64,000 bases of DNA from an uncultured delta proteobacterium (GCA_963735595.1 CAVTLK010000002.1:576001-640000), one strand, 5' to 3'; numbered from the stretch's first letter, positions 1-10,741 are shown. Translations and numbers: made by a program. The notes: generated from the letters alone by a model not told the origin.

Positions 1-635
1 CGTCGAAGACGCCGTCGATAATCAGGTTATTGTCGGCGTCATAGAGCCGCATTTTCACGATCGAAAAGGTCCTTGCGTCAACGGTCAACACCGCCATGCC
101 CCGTGGGGGGGCCTCGGGCAGCAGCGTCAACTCATACATGCCGGAAAGCGCGTCAAACGTCATCCCCCTGGCGAAATAGCCTGAAAGGTCCACCCGTCCC
201 TGCAGGAGACCGACGATGTCGGCCGCCTTGAACGGGAGGGGTATCAGGAGCGAGAGGTTCTTCCTGGAAGCCAGGCCCGAATAGAACCGGTTCTCCATCG
301 GGGAATATATAAAGACCCTCTTGAGATCGGTGGTCAGAAAGAGGAGGGTCTCCCCGAGGGGACCCATGGTCTCCAACCGCAGGAATGAGGGCTTCTTTGG
401 AGAAGATTATCTCAGTGACGCGGTAATTGTCGGCCGGGGAGGAGACGGATACGCGGGCCTGGGCGCGCAGCGTATCGTGGATAGGATTAGCCAGGCGCGT
501 TCTATCAAGAAGCTCAGAGACGTCTTTTACGACGACAATGGGAAGCTGGGGTCTGGGCTCTACCCCGGTGCAGGCGACGATCAGCAACACGAGGAAGACA
601 GACGTGAGGAACCGGACGCGCCTACAGGAGCTCAT
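1..635 (-). CDS. Outer-membrane lipoprotein, LolB/DUF4292-like; frameshifted near 395 and running off the window edge
   Basis: Lipobox LIVAC. After a +1 shift the frame continues KPSFLRLETMGPLGETLLFLTTD...LIIDGVFD to position 1. Overlaps the upstream TPR gene. Confidence 0.55.
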
Positions 636-2361
636 CGATCTTCTTGCCTTCCTTGAGGTGGTCTATCTTCATCTTGAGTTTTTCGATCTGGAAATCTTCC
701 GGTCCCAGCTCCCAGGCCTTCAGGTAGAAGGGAAGGGCCTTATCGACCTGCCCCAACCGGTAATTCACGTCCCCCATATGCTCGTTTACCACCGGGTCGT
801 CCGGCATGAGGGCATACGCCCGGGAGAGCTCGGTGAAAGCCGCGGCGTAATTGCCCGTCCTGAAGTAAACCCACCCGAGGCTGTCAATGATATAGCCTTC
901 CTCCGGCTGGAGGCGCAGCGCCTTGTCAATGAGCTGCTTGGCTTCGTCGAGGTTTATACCGAGATCGGCATAGGTATAGCCGAGATAATTGAGGGCGTCG
1001 GCATTCTCGGGGTCTTTGACGACGACCTCCTTAAGCACCGTTATGGCTTTCGTCTTGTCTCCCGAAAGGTCCAGGACGGTTCCGTAGTAGAAGAGGTGCC
1101 GGACCTCATCGGGCTCAAGCTTCATCGCCTTGTTGATCTCAACAATGGCCTTATCATACTGCTTGGCCTCAAGCCAGAGAGAAGAAAGTATATGATGCAG
1201 CCCGGCGTCGCCGGGCTTTACCGCCAGTGCGTCCTCGATCGCCTCTTTTGCGCCATCGATGTCTTTCCGCTCCTGCCGGATATAGGCGGTATGGATCTTG
1301 GCGTCAACGAATAGCTCCGACGACCTGGGGATCGCGTCAAACTGGGTGAGGGCCTCGTCGCCCCTTTCCAGCTTCTCGTAGGTCGCTCCAAGGTAGTAGA
1401 TGATCTTATCGGCCCCGGGATTTTTGGCCAGCAGTTTTTCGAACTCTTCGGCGGCGGCTTCATACCGCTCCATCTCGAAGTAAATGAGCCCGAGCTGCAG
1501 CGCCACGTCGTCCTGCCCGGAGCCCCCAAGGCCCAACTCCTGGAATTCCCGGACGGCGTCTTCGAGGCGGTTAAGCTGGATATAGATCCTTGCCAGGTGT
1601 TCCCTCAGGAGGGTATTGTCGGGATAGATAGTGAGGATACTCGAAAAGGTCTTGGCGGCCTTTTCGTAGTCTCCCCGGTCTTCGTAAATAAGGGCAAGAC
1701 CGAGTATGGCCGTCTCATTTTCCGGATCCAGGGAAAGCGCCTTGAGATAGTATTTCTCCGCCTGATCCTTATCTCCCCGGGACAGCTCTATCTTGCCCAT
1801 GAGATAGTAGATATCGGAGTTCTTCGGATCGATCGTTAGATATCTCCTCAGGGTAGCGATGCCGGCGCCGAATTCCTTGTTTTCTGTCTGGATTGCCGCC
1901 AGTTGTATATACGGGTCCCTATCCTTCGGGTCCAATATAATGAGCTGCTCGAGGATACTCTTGGCCTTTTCGACGTTCCCAAGGCCGGAATAGATCTCCG
2001 CCAGGAGCGTCAGCAGCTCTTTATCGCGAGGTGAAACGGCCAGCCCCTTTTCGGCCGCGGCCGCCGCTGCGTTAAGGTTCCCGGTCTTGGCGTACAGCTC
2101 CGCCAGCTCCAGGTGGAGCATCGTTGCCTGTGGGTCGTACTCTATGGCCTTCTCGTATTCTGCGATGGAGCGGGGATAGTCTCCATTCCACAGCGACGTG
2201 CGCGCCGCCAAAAAGTAGTAGTAGGCCATACTCTGGGGCGTGGCGATGCTTTCCGGAATCCAGTTATCCTGTTTCGTATAGGTGGAGCCGGTAGAAAGGG
2301 AACATGAGGCGCTCAGCGCGCCGAGACAAAGGACAACGGCCAGCGTTCTCCAGTATTTCAT
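622..2361 (-). CDS. TPR-repeat lipoprotein
   Basis: 579 aa, lipobox LSASC, many TPR units, C-terminal ALNYLGYTYAD / IIDSLGWVYFR motifs. Confidence 0.9.
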   Translation of the reverse strand: MKYWRTLAVVLCLGALSASCSLSTGSTYTKQDNWIPESIATPQSMAYYYFLAARTSLWNGDYPRSIAEYEKAIEYDPQATMLHLELAELYAKTGNLNAAAAAAEKGLAVSPRDKELLTLLAEIYSGLGNVEKAKSILEQLIILDPKDRDPYIQLAAIQTENKEFGAGIATLRRYLTIDPKNSDIYYLMGKIELSRGDKDQAEKYYLKALSLDPENETAILGLALIYEDRGDYEKAAKTFSSILTIYPDNTLLREHLARIYIQLNRLEDAVREFQELGLGGSGQDDVALQLGLIYFEMERYEAAAEEFEKLLAKNPGADKIIYYLGATYEKLERGDEALTQFDAIPRSSELFVDAKIHTAYIRQERKDIDGAKEAIEDALAVKPGDAGLHHILSSLWLEAKQYDKAIVEINKAMKLEPDEVRHLFYYGTVLDLSGDKTKAITVLKEVVVKDPENADALNYLGYTYADLGINLDEAKQLIDKALRLQPEEGYIIDSLGWVYFRTGNYAAAFTELSRAYALMPDDPVVNEHMGDVNYRLGQVDKALPFYLKAWELGPEDFQIEKLKMKIDHLKEGKKIDELL

Positions 2362-2387
2362 GACAGTGCCTCTACGTTATTTTGATA

Positions 2388-2416
2388 ATTATATCGAAGA
2401 TTTTCCCGTGAGTCAA
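2388..2416 (-). promoter_or_regulatory. Sigma70-type promoter for the TPR gene
   Basis: TTGACT-17 bp-TATAAT on the minus strand, 27 bp upstream of the ATG. Confidence 0.7.
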
Positions 2417-2628
2417 TTGATTTAGAGTCTGATGCTATGTAAACGAGGGGGAAATCTCGACGAGGGCGGGCTCGGGCGTCACGGGAGCGAGATCGGAGCG
2501 ATCCTTTTCAGTTACACGTGCGTGACCGGTTGCGACAGACAGGAGCTTTTCGACTAACGTTTATCGCGCCGGCCGCCCATCATTTATCGGGAAACGACAA
2601 TAACCGGCGGTTATGCGATATATTTTCC

Positions 2629-2694
2629 TTGACAGTGGGGGTAAATGGGGCTATAGTTTGGTAAAAAGTGGCATAAAGTGGGATAAAGAGGGGA
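2629..2694 (+). promoter_or_regulatory. dcw promoter with MraZ-binding direct repeats
   Basis: TTGACA(2629)-17-TATAGT(2652). GTGGG-like boxes at 10-bp spacing: 2635/2645 and AAAGTGGCAT/AAAGTGGGAT/AAAGAGGGGA at 2665-2694. Confidence 0.8.
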
Positions 2695-2866
2695 CGGGAG
2701 GTAGAAAAAGCCATTCAGCGGGGTTGCAGGGTACATGGCGGGGAGGCAAACCATATCGGATTGGGGATAGCGTCGTGAAGAGGGCAAGACGGCCGCTCGG
2801 CCCCATTACGGCCGATATCGGGACCGGGCCGATAAGCCGCCTGCGGCGGCAACAGTCGGAGGGATC

Positions 2867-3298
2867 GTGTTTCGGGGAAACTTTGAGCATGTGATAGACC
2901 AGAAAGGTCGGGTCAGCATCCCCTCCCGGTTTCGGGAGGTGCTCAGGGAGAGCTACGCCGAGACGCTGGTCATATCCCGGTCGGACGGGTGCCTCGTGGC
3001 CTATCCCGAAGCGGAATGGGCAAAGATGGAGCAGAAGATCGCCGATCTTCCCCAGCTTAAGAAAAACGTCATTGCCGCCCAGCGGTTCCTCATCTCGTCG
3101 GCCGTTGAGTGTCCCGTGGATAAGCAGGGCAGGATTCTGATCCCGCAATACCTGAGGAGCCATGCGGCGCTCGTCAAAGATGTCGTGTTTGCCGGTATGA
3201 TCAACCGGGTCGAGATATGGGCCAAGGACCGGTGGGAGGATGAATTGAAAAGGACCTCCGATATCTTCAGCGATATCGGGGAGACCCTCGGGATTTAG
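2867..3298 (+). CDS. mraZ: Division/cell wall cluster transcriptional repressor MraZ
   Basis: MFRGNFEHVIDQKGRVSIP and a second DKQGRILIP repeat; first gene of dcw. Confidence 0.97.
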   Translation: MFRGNFEHVIDQKGRVSIPSRFREVLRESYAETLVISRSDGCLVAYPEAEWAKMEQKIADLPQLKKNVIAAQRFLISSAVECPVDKQGRILIPQYLRSHAALVKDVVFAGMINRVEIWAKDRWEDELKRTSDIFSDIGETLGI

Positions 3299-3306
3299 GT
3301 TCCGGT

Positions 3307-4224
3307 ATGGATCAGACTCTCCACCGGCCGGTTATGGTGCGGGAGGTGCTCTACTACCTCCAGCCCCGTGACCAGGGCGTTTACTTCGACGCAACCGTGG
3401 GTATGGGGGGGCACGCCGCGGCAATCCTGGAGGCCTCGGGGCCCGGGGGCAGGGTCATCGGTGTGGACCTGGATCCCGACGCTGCGGCAACGGCCCAGGT
3501 AAATCTCGCCCGTTTCGGCGAGAGAACGAAAATTTATCATGCAAATTATACGCAATTGGAGTATATTTCCCGGTTGGCCTCGGTTGCCCGTCTTGACGGG
3601 ATTGTCATGGACCTTGGGATAGGCTCGCATCAGCTGGACGCCGGTGACCGGGGATTTTCGCTCGATCTGGACGGCCCCCTGGATATGCGGTACGACAGGG
3701 GCGCGGGGCGGTCGGCCGGCGAGGTCATCGCCCGGCTCAATGAAAAGGAGCTTGCCGGCATAATCGACCGCTACGGTGAGGAGAGGAGGTCGCGGGCGGT
3801 CGCCCGGGCCATCGTCAGGGCGCGCGAGAAAAAGAAGATAGAAAGCACCCGGGAGCTTGCCGCGATCGTCGTGCGGGCGATCGGGACACCGGGAAGATGG
3901 CGCATCCACCCCGCCACGAGGACCTTCATGGCGCTGAGGATCTCGGTTAATGATGAGCTGGGGAGCCTGGAGCGATTTATCGGCGCCTCGGCACGCTGCC
4001 TGGCCCCTAACGGAAGGATGGTCATCATATCGTTTCACTCGCTGGAAGACCGGATCGTCAAGATGTCTTTCCGCGAGCTTGGGGCCAAGGGTGACGACGG
4101 CAGCGCCCCGTTGTTCGCGATCCTGACCAAGAAACCGATAGTGCCGGACGAGAGCGAGGTCGCTCAGAATCCGAGGGCGCGCAGCGCCAAACTCAGGGCG
4201 ATTCAAAGGATACCGGATGGATAA
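3307..4224 (+). CDS. rsmH: 16S rRNA m4C1402 methyltransferase
   Basis: HRPVM, DATVGMGGHA, DLGIGSHQLD, RGFS, ISFHSLEDR, NPRARSAKLR. Confidence 0.97.
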   Translation: MDQTLHRPVMVREVLYYLQPRDQGVYFDATVGMGGHAAAILEASGPGGRVIGVDLDPDAAATAQVNLARFGERTKIYHANYTQLEYISRLASVARLDGIVMDLGIGSHQLDAGDRGFSLDLDGPLDMRYDRGAGRSAGEVIARLNEKELAGIIDRYGEERRSRAVARAIVRAREKKKIESTRELAAIVVRAIGTPGRWRIHPATRTFMALRISVNDELGSLERFIGASARCLAPNGRMVIISFHSLEDRIVKMSFRELGAKGDDGSAPLFAILTKKPIVPDESEVAQNPRARSAKLRAIQRIPDG

Positions 4225-4552
4225 CGCCGTCTCATACGCCTCCATCATCCGCATCGATGGGCTCAATCGGATGCGGCAAAGTGAGCTTATCAGGCTTACT
4301 GCGCCGTACCTGATTGCGCTTGCTGCCGTCGCGTTTTCCCTTTTTCTCTATCTCTGGACCCGGGTATCGGTAACCACACTTAACTACGAGATAGCTCACC
4401 TTAAAGAGCATGAGCGGGCCCTCGCCCGGACCAACCGGGAACTCACGATAGAGCTTGATACGATAACGTCGCCGGCGAATCTCGAACGGATGGGAAGGGA
4501 GCGTTACTCCCTTACCTATCCGGACGACGCGTCGGTCATTATAGTACGGTGA
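4217..4552 (+). CDS. ftsL: Cell division protein FtsL
   Basis: Single TM plus coiled coil, between rsmH and ftsI. Confidence 0.85.
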   Translation: MDNAVSYASIIRIDGLNRMRQSELIRLTAPYLIALAAVAFSLFLYLWTRVSVTTLNYEIAHLKEHERALARTNRELTIELDTITSPANLERMGRERYSLTYPDDASVIIVR

Positions 4553-4555
4553 GAC

Positions 4556-6352
4556 GTGGTGCTCAAGGACCGTTCGATACGAGAGCGAAAAAAGAAGGAA
4601 GCCCGCATCTGGCTTCACTTCAGATTGCGGATCATCCTCGTGGTCTTTCTGATCCTGTTCGCGGCGCTGTTGATCCGGGTTGCCAAGCTTATGCTCGTCA
4701 ATCGGGAGGAGCTCTATTCGTACGCAGAAAAACAGCACCGGATCATATCCACCTATACGACCAAACGGGGAAACATCTACGACGTCAACGGCATGGACCT
4801 GGCGGTGAGCCTCGAAATGGACTCGGTATACGCCTGTCCGTACAAGATCACCGACCCGCGGAAGGCGGCCCGCCTCCTGGCGCGGACTCTTTCGATGGAC
4901 GAAGGCGAACTCTATGGACGGATCACGTCCGACAAGAACTTCGTCTGGATAAAACGCACGGTCTCGCCTAAAACTACCGAATCGGTAAAGGACCTGAAAC
5001 TCGAGGGGATTGGATTTGTCAATGAAGATAGGAGGTTTTTTCCCAACAGAAACCTCTGCAGCCACGTAATCGGATTCGTCGGGACCGACTCCCAGGGCCT
5101 GGCCGGGATAGAGTATGAGCTGGATCGCTATCTCAAGAGCACGGTAAGCCACTTTATCGCCGTCAGGGACGCGCGGGGAAACAGCCTCTTTGCCGTGGAC
5201 CCGACGGATGCGGAGGCGCTGAAGCGCTACGACGTATACCTGACCATCGATACCATGGTGCAATATATCGTCGAGCGGGAGCTGACCGCTGCCATTGAGC
5301 AGTATCGGGCCGAGGGCGGCTGTGTGATTGTGATGAACCCAAATTCGGGCGAAGTTATCGCGATGGCCTCCCGGCCCGACTACGACCCCAACAGGTTTCT
5401 TGATGCAAAACGGCCGAGCTGGAACAACCGGGCGGTCACGATGAACTTCGAGCCGGGGTCCACGCTCAAGATCTTTCTGGCGGCCGGCGTCATCGAAGAG
5501 GGTCTGGCAAAAAGGAACGACCGGTTCAATTGCGAGGGCGGAACGTATCAAATAGATAATGCCGTCTTTCATGACCACGGAGGGAGCTTTGACGCCCTGA
5601 GCTTTTCGGATATCGTCCGATACTCGAGCAACATCGGGGCCATAAAGCTGGGGCAGTTACTGGGGACCGATGAGCTCTACTCGTATCTCGCGGCCTTCGG
5701 GTTCGGAGAGCCGACGGGGATAACGCTGCCGGGGGAAGAGATCGGGATGATTATGCCGAAGAATTCCGTGCGGCCGGTGGACCTGGCCTCGATGTCGTTC
5801 GGGCAGGGCCTCTCGCTGACCCCGCTGCAGCTGATCACGGCCGCCTCCGTCATCGCCAACGGCGGGCTGTTGATGGAGCCGTATATGGTCGACCGGATCG
5901 TGGATGAAAACGGGGACGCGGTCGTCAAAACGTCCCCGAAGATAAAGAGACGGGTCATATCGCCCGAGACGGCCCGGATAGTCACGGAGATGATGGAGGG
6001 CGTGGTGGCGTCGGGAACCGGGGTATACGCGCGGGTCGCCGGCTTTGACGTAGCCGGCAAGACCGGTACGGCAGAGGTCTACGACCCGGCGACACGGACC
6101 TACTCGGAGACAGACTACACCGCCTCTTTCGTGGGTTTTTTGCCGGCCAAGAGCCCGCGGTTGATAATCCTGGTGGTCCTGGAAAACCCCCACACAAGTA
6201 TCTACGGCGGCGACGTGGCGGCCCCCGTATTCAAAAATATCGCGGGGGGGTTGATGAAGCGTATGACCGTCAATCCCGACGGGCCGTATCATAACGGGTC
6301 AAACGTAATCGACACCGGACGGGGATCGGCGGACTTTACTCCGCTGATGTAG
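4556..6352 (+). CDS. ftsI: Class B penicillin-binding protein (PBP3)
   Basis: RGNIYD, EPGSTLK (SxxK), SSN, KTGT motifs; N-terminal TM. Confidence 0.95.
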   Translation: MVLKDRSIRERKKKEARIWLHFRLRIILVVFLILFAALLIRVAKLMLVNREELYSYAEKQHRIISTYTTKRGNIYDVNGMDLAVSLEMDSVYACPYKITDPRKAARLLARTLSMDEGELYGRITSDKNFVWIKRTVSPKTTESVKDLKLEGIGFVNEDRRFFPNRNLCSHVIGFVGTDSQGLAGIEYELDRYLKSTVSHFIAVRDARGNSLFAVDPTDAEALKRYDVYLTIDTMVQYIVERELTAAIEQYRAEGGCVIVMNPNSGEVIAMASRPDYDPNRFLDAKRPSWNNRAVTMNFEPGSTLKIFLAAGVIEEGLAKRNDRFNCEGGTYQIDNAVFHDHGGSFDALSFSDIVRYSSNIGAIKLGQLLGTDELYSYLAAFGFGEPTGITLPGEEIGMIMPKNSVRPVDLASMSFGQGLSLTPLQLITAASVIANGGLLMEPYMVDRIVDENGDAVVKTSPKIKRRVISPETARIVTEMMEGVVASGTGVYARVAGFDVAGKTGTAEVYDPATRTYSETDYTASFVGFLPAKSPRLIILVVLENPHTSIYGGDVAAPVFKNIAGGLMKRMTVNPDGPYHNGSNVIDTGRGSADFTPLM

Positions 6353-6354
6353 CG

Positions 6355-7872
6355 ATGAAACTGAGACGTATAATAGGCGATGTTGAGGTGCTGGCGCACC
6401 GGGGGGATCTCGATATCGAGATCAGCGATATCTTTTACGATTCGCGCGCCGTGGCCAGGGGCGGCCTCTTTGTCGCGGTCAAGGGGTTGGTTACCGACGG
6501 CCACCGGTACGTTGGAGCCGCCGTCGACCGGGGTGCGGCGGCCGTCGTGGTTGAGGATGACGTCGATATTGCCGGCGCCGTCCTCGTCCGTGTTCGCGAT
6601 TCCCGCGCCGCCCTCGGGCGGCTCGCCGACGCGTTCTTCGACTACCCCTCGATGAAGCTGAAACTGTTGGGCGTCACCGGAACGAACGGTAAGACGACCA
6701 TATGTTATATCGTGGAAGAGATACTCGCGGCGGCCGGGAAAACCCCCGGCGTCATCGGCACGATCAACTACCGGTACGGAAAGAACTCCATCACGCCGCC
6801 CCACACCACTCCGGAATCGCTGGACCTGGTGAGGCTGCTTTCGGACATGGTAAACGCGGGCGCCGATCACGCGGTCATGGAGGTGTCTTCCCACGCGCTG
6901 GACCTCCGACGGGTAGATTGCTGCATGTTTGACGCCGCCCTCTTCACGAACCTGACGCAGGATCATCTCGATTACCATCAAACGATGGAGAACTACTTCG
7001 AGAGCAAGGCACGGCTTTTCCGGGAGTTGATCAACCGGAACAAGGAGACGACCTCGGTCATTAACGCCGACGACCCGTGGGGCAAGCGGCTTATCGATGA
7101 GACGAAGGGAAGGCTCATGACGTACGGATTAGGCGACGGGGCCGATATCAGGCCGACCGCCTTTACCGCGGATACCCGCGGCGTCCGGGGGGAAGGGGTC
7201 ACCCCCCACGGGAAGTTCCGATTCGAGTCAAATCTCCTGGGCAGGCACAACATCTATAATCTCCTGGCCGCACTCGGCGGCGCCCTCGGCATGGGGATCG
7301 ATCTGGAGACGGCCGTCTCGGGGATCAACCGGCGCATCGTCGTACCGGGGAGGCTTGAGCCCGTCGAGGGGACCGGAGACGTCTCGGTGCTGGTCGACTA
7401 TGCCCATACCGACGACGCGCTTACCAACGTCCTTTCGACGCTGGCGCCGCTGGCGAAAGGCCGCCTCATCACGGTCTTTGGGTGCGGTGGAGATCGGGAC
7501 AGGAAAAAGCGGCCCAGAATGGCCGCCGCGGCGGCCGCCGGAAGCCACAAGGTTATCGTCACCTCGGACAATCCCCGAACCGAGGACCCGGCGGTCATCA
7601 TCGAGGAGATCCTCGTCGGGTTTGAGGGCACGGATTATTCGCGGGTCGAACCGGGGGGCTCATTCTGGCGGGATTCCCGAAAGGTCTATACGGTCATCCC
7701 GGATCGGCACGAAGCGATTCGGTTTGCCGTTTCCCGGGCAGAGGGCGGGGATATCATCCTGCTGGCCGGCAAGGGGCATGAGGATTACCAGATCATCGGG
7801 ACGACAAAATACCCCTTCGACGACCGCCTCGAGGCCAAAGAGGCCCTTACGGAGAGGAGGCGGCATGGTTGA
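6355..7872 (+). CDS. murE: UDP-MurNAc-tripeptide synthetase (meso-DAP type)
   Basis: GVTGTNGKTT, TTPES, MEVSSH, DYAHT, DNPR (DAP-type), GKGHE. Confidence 0.97.
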   Translation: MKLRRIIGDVEVLAHRGDLDIEISDIFYDSRAVARGGLFVAVKGLVTDGHRYVGAAVDRGAAAVVVEDDVDIAGAVLVRVRDSRAALGRLADAFFDYPSMKLKLLGVTGTNGKTTICYIVEEILAAAGKTPGVIGTINYRYGKNSITPPHTTPESLDLVRLLSDMVNAGADHAVMEVSSHALDLRRVDCCMFDAALFTNLTQDHLDYHQTMENYFESKARLFRELINRNKETTSVINADDPWGKRLIDETKGRLMTYGLGDGADIRPTAFTADTRGVRGEGVTPHGKFRFESNLLGRHNIYNLLAALGGALGMGIDLETAVSGINRRIVVPGRLEPVEGTGDVSVLVDYAHTDDALTNVLSTLAPLAKGRLITVFGCGGDRDRKKRPRMAAAAAAGSHKVIVTSDNPRTEDPAVIIEEILVGFEGTDYSRVEPGGSFWRDSRKVYTVIPDRHEAIRFAVSRAEGGDIILLAGKGHEDYQIIGTTKYPFDDRLEAKEALTERRRHG

Positions 7873-9277
7873 TTCGGCCCGCGTACGACTTTCGGTATCA
7901 GACGTACGCACCGCGCTGGGTGTCGAAGCCTCGGGGGGGGCGGGGGACGTCGTATTTACGGGCGTATCAACCGATTCCCGGACCGCGGCTGGGAGGGAGC
8001 TCTTCGTGGCGCTCGCCGGCGATCAATTCGACGGGCACGATTTCATCCCGGCGGCGCTGGCCAACGGTGTCTCGGGGATCGTCGTGAGCGCCGGAAGGGC
8101 CATAAGTGCCTCCGCGCGGGTCTTCGTCTTTGCTGTACCCGACACGCTCTTCGCGCTGGGAGAGCTTGCCCGGTACCACCGGGGGCGGCTTTCCGCCCGC
8201 GTCGTGGGGATCACCGGCTCCAACGGCAAGACGACCACCAAGGAGATCACGGCCTCCATCGCCGGGACGACGACAAAGATCGCGTACACCAAGGGAAACC
8301 TCAACAACCTGGTCGGTCTGCCGATGACGCTGTTGTCGACGCCCGACGATACCGAGGCGCTCATCCTCGAGATGGGGATGAACGTGCCGGGCGAGATCGG
8401 GCGCCTGGCCGAGATCGCCCGCCCCGACATCGGCGTCGTTACGAACGTCGGGCCGGTTCATCTGGCGGGTGTCGGCTCGATAGACGGGGTGATCGCCGAA
8501 AAGGGGGCGCTCCTGGCGTCGCTCGGGAAAGACGGCGTCGCGATATTCGAGGCGGACACGGACTATTCCGACCGGCTCAGGAAGATGACGCGCGCGCGCA
8601 TCATCACCTTCGGCTTGGACGGCCGGTCGGACGTACGGGCCGAAAAGATCGAGGACCTCGGGCAGGCGGGAACCCGGGCGCGGTTTGTCCTGCCCTCGGG
8701 CTCGTTTACGGCGCTCCTTCCCATACCCGGCCTCCATAACCTTAGTAATGCACTGGCCGCGGCGGCCGCAGGCATTGCCCTCGATATCCCCGCCGACCGG
8801 ATCGCCGAGGGTATAGAGGCAGTCCGCCCGCTCGGTATGCGCATGGAGATTTCGAAGGCCTCCGGGGGATGGGTGATCCTCAACGACAGTTATAACGCCA
8901 ACCCGGTATCGATGCGCGCGGCGCTGGAGTTTCTCGCGCAGCAGCGCGAGGCGATTGAAGGACGGGCCGTCGCGGTCCTGGGGGATATGCTCGAACTGGG
9001 GGCGTTTACCCGGTCCGGCCACGAGGAAGTCGGCGCGGCCGCCGCCGGGATCAGGGTCGGTCTGTTGTTCGTCATCGGGGATTTTGCCGGCGACGCGCGC
9101 CGGGGGGCGATCGCGGCGGGTATGGATGAGGGGGCGATAGTCGCCTATCCCAGGGAGGCGCATGATACGCTGATCAACGACCTGCTTGATGTCGTCGGCC
9201 CGGACGACGTGATCCTCGTTAAGGGCTCGCGGGCGATGAGGATGGAGCGGATTGCCCAGGCGCTGAATAAACGGTAA
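7865..9277 (+). CDS. murF: UDP-MurNAc-pentapeptide synthetase
   Basis: STDSR, GITGSNGKTTTKE, NDSYNANP, GDMLELG, VKGSR. Start placed at ATG 7865 after GAGGAGG. Confidence 0.95.
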   Translation: MVDSARVRLSVSDVRTALGVEASGGAGDVVFTGVSTDSRTAAGRELFVALAGDQFDGHDFIPAALANGVSGIVVSAGRAISASARVFVFAVPDTLFALGELARYHRGRLSARVVGITGSNGKTTTKEITASIAGTTTKIAYTKGNLNNLVGLPMTLLSTPDDTEALILEMGMNVPGEIGRLAEIARPDIGVVTNVGPVHLAGVGSIDGVIAEKGALLASLGKDGVAIFEADTDYSDRLRKMTRARIITFGLDGRSDVRAEKIEDLGQAGTRARFVLPSGSFTALLPIPGLHNLSNALAAAAAGIALDIPADRIAEGIEAVRPLGMRMEISKASGGWVILNDSYNANPVSMRAALEFLAQQREAIEGRAVAVLGDMLELGAFTRSGHEEVGAAAAGIRVGLLFVIGDFAGDARRGAIAAGMDEGAIVAYPREAHDTLINDLLDVVGPDDVILVKGSRAMRMERIAQALNKR

Positions 9278-9289
9278 GGAGAGGCTCAC

Positions 9290-10366
9290 ATGATCTATCA
9301 TCTGACGTTATGGCTCTCGGACTATTTCTCGTACCTGAACGTCTTCCGGTACATCACGTTTCGGGCGATATACGCGGCGCTGACGGCCCTCGTTATCTGC
9401 CTGATCCTGGGACCATGGATGATCAGAAAGCTGAAGGGATTGCAGGCTCTCCAGCCCATCCGGAGCAACGGCCCGGCCACACATCTCAAAAAGGCAGGCA
9501 CGCCGACAATGGGCGGGCTCCTGATCGTCTCGGCAATGACGCTCTCGACGCTGTTGTGGGCCGACGTCGCCGATTTCTATATCATCCTGGTGCTGATCGT
9601 CACCGTCTCGTACGCGGTTATCGGGTTCATGGACGACTGGCGAAAGCAGATATTGAGAGACCCTAAGGGTCTGCCGGGGCGCTATAAGTTCTTCTGGGAG
9701 CTGATCGTTGGGATCGTTGTGGGCGTGATGCTCTACTTTGCGCCCAACTACAACACGGAGCTGTCGGTCCCGTTTCTTAAGGCGCTCCACCCCGATCTCG
9801 GCTGGTTCTATATCCCCTTTGCGATCTTTGTCATCGTCGGGGCGGCAAATGCCGTCAACCTGACCGACGGGCTGGACGGCCTGGCGGCGGGCCCCGTGGT
9901 GGCGGTCGCCATCACCTATCTGGTCTTTGCCTACTGCACCGGAAACGTGAAGATCGCCGACTACCTGCTGATTTCGTATCTTCCCGGTACGGGAGAACTG
10001 GCGGTGTTTTGCGGGGCGATGGTCGGGGCCGCAATGGGTTTCCTGTGGTATAACTCCTATCCCGCCGAGGTCTTCATGGGGGACGTAGGCGCCCTCTCCC
10101 TGGGCGGGGGGATAGGCACGGTGGCGGTAGCTACCAAGCATGAACTTCTGTTAGTCATCGTGGGGGGTCTCTTTGTGGTGGAGACGTTGTCGGTCATCTT
10201 CCAGGTCGGGTTCTTCAAGTGGAAGCGCAAACGGATCTTCAGGATGGCGCCCCTCCATCATCACTTCGAGCTTTTGGGATGGCCCGAGCCGAAGATAATC
10301 GTGCGGTTCTGGATCATATCAATTATCCTTGCCCTTCTGGCATTGAGTACTTTAAAAATACGATAG
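9290..10366 (+). CDS. mraY: Phospho-N-acetylmuramoyl-pentapeptide transferase
   Basis: [39 protein letters not shown]. Confidence 0.98.
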   Translation: MIYHLTLWLSDYFSYLNVFRYITFRAIYAALTALVICLILGPWMIRKLKGLQALQPIRSNGPATHLKKAGTPTMGGLLIVSAMTLSTLLWADVADFYIILVLIVTVSYAVIGFMDDWRKQILRDPKGLPGRYKFFWELIVGIVVGVMLYFAPNYNTELSVPFLKALHPDLGWFYIPFAIFVIVGAANAVNLTDGLDGLAAGPVVAVAITYLVFAYCTGNVKIADYLLISYLPGTGELAVFCGAMVGAAMGFLWYNSYPAEVFMGDVGALSLGGGIGTVAVATKHELLLVIVGGLFVVETLSVIFQVGFFKWKRKRIFRMAPLHHHFELLGWPEPKIIVRFWIISIILALLALSTLKIR

Positions 10367-10378
10367 GGAGGCATATCC

Positions 10379-10741
10379 ATGGCGCATCATTATTCCCAGA
10401 GAGAAAAGGCGGCGGGTCTGGTGGGTTGCCGGGTCTTCCTCGAGGAATTCGAGCTTACCAGCTTCGGGGACGCGATGGTCGGCGCCGATGTCGTCGAGTC
10501 GGCCGATGGGATCGTCGTGCTCAAGACCATCCGGGACTTTGCCCCCGGGGTGCTGGTGCGGATCGACCTTTCCTCGGGCCGGCAAACGAGGGGCATAAAC
10601 TTTGACGGCTTTGTCGTGGTCGGATGCGTCAGGGATTCCAAGCGGATTTCGGCCGACGAGGTCTACCGGGTGGAAGTAAGCCTGCTCAGGCTGGAGAGCG
10701 ACCGGTACAATATGATGATTTCAGAGATCGAGGCGATGTAG
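10379..10741 (+). CDS. Hypothetical 120-aa protein, degenerate PilZ-like beta barrel, inside dcw
   Basis: GGGAGG SD upstream; fills the mraY-murD gap; PilZ-like strand pattern by eye. Confidence 0.6.
   Translation: MAHHYSQREKAAGLVGCRVFLEEFELTSFGDAMVGADVVESADGIVVLKTIRDFAPGVLVRIDLSSGRQTRGINFDGFVVVGCVRDSKRISADEVYRVEVSLLRLESDRYNMMISEIEAM

Noticed and set aside
2745..2850. GGCAAACC in the mraZ leader as a c-di-GMP-I riboswitch
   Set aside because: No GAAA tetraloop and no GACGCAAAG segment follow; the match is only a few bases.
4232..9301. Long antisense ORFs over ftsI, murE and murF (likewise 41734-42981, 45553-46953, 51803-53368)
   Set aside because: Shadow ORFs expected in high-GC coding DNA; no recognisable motifs.
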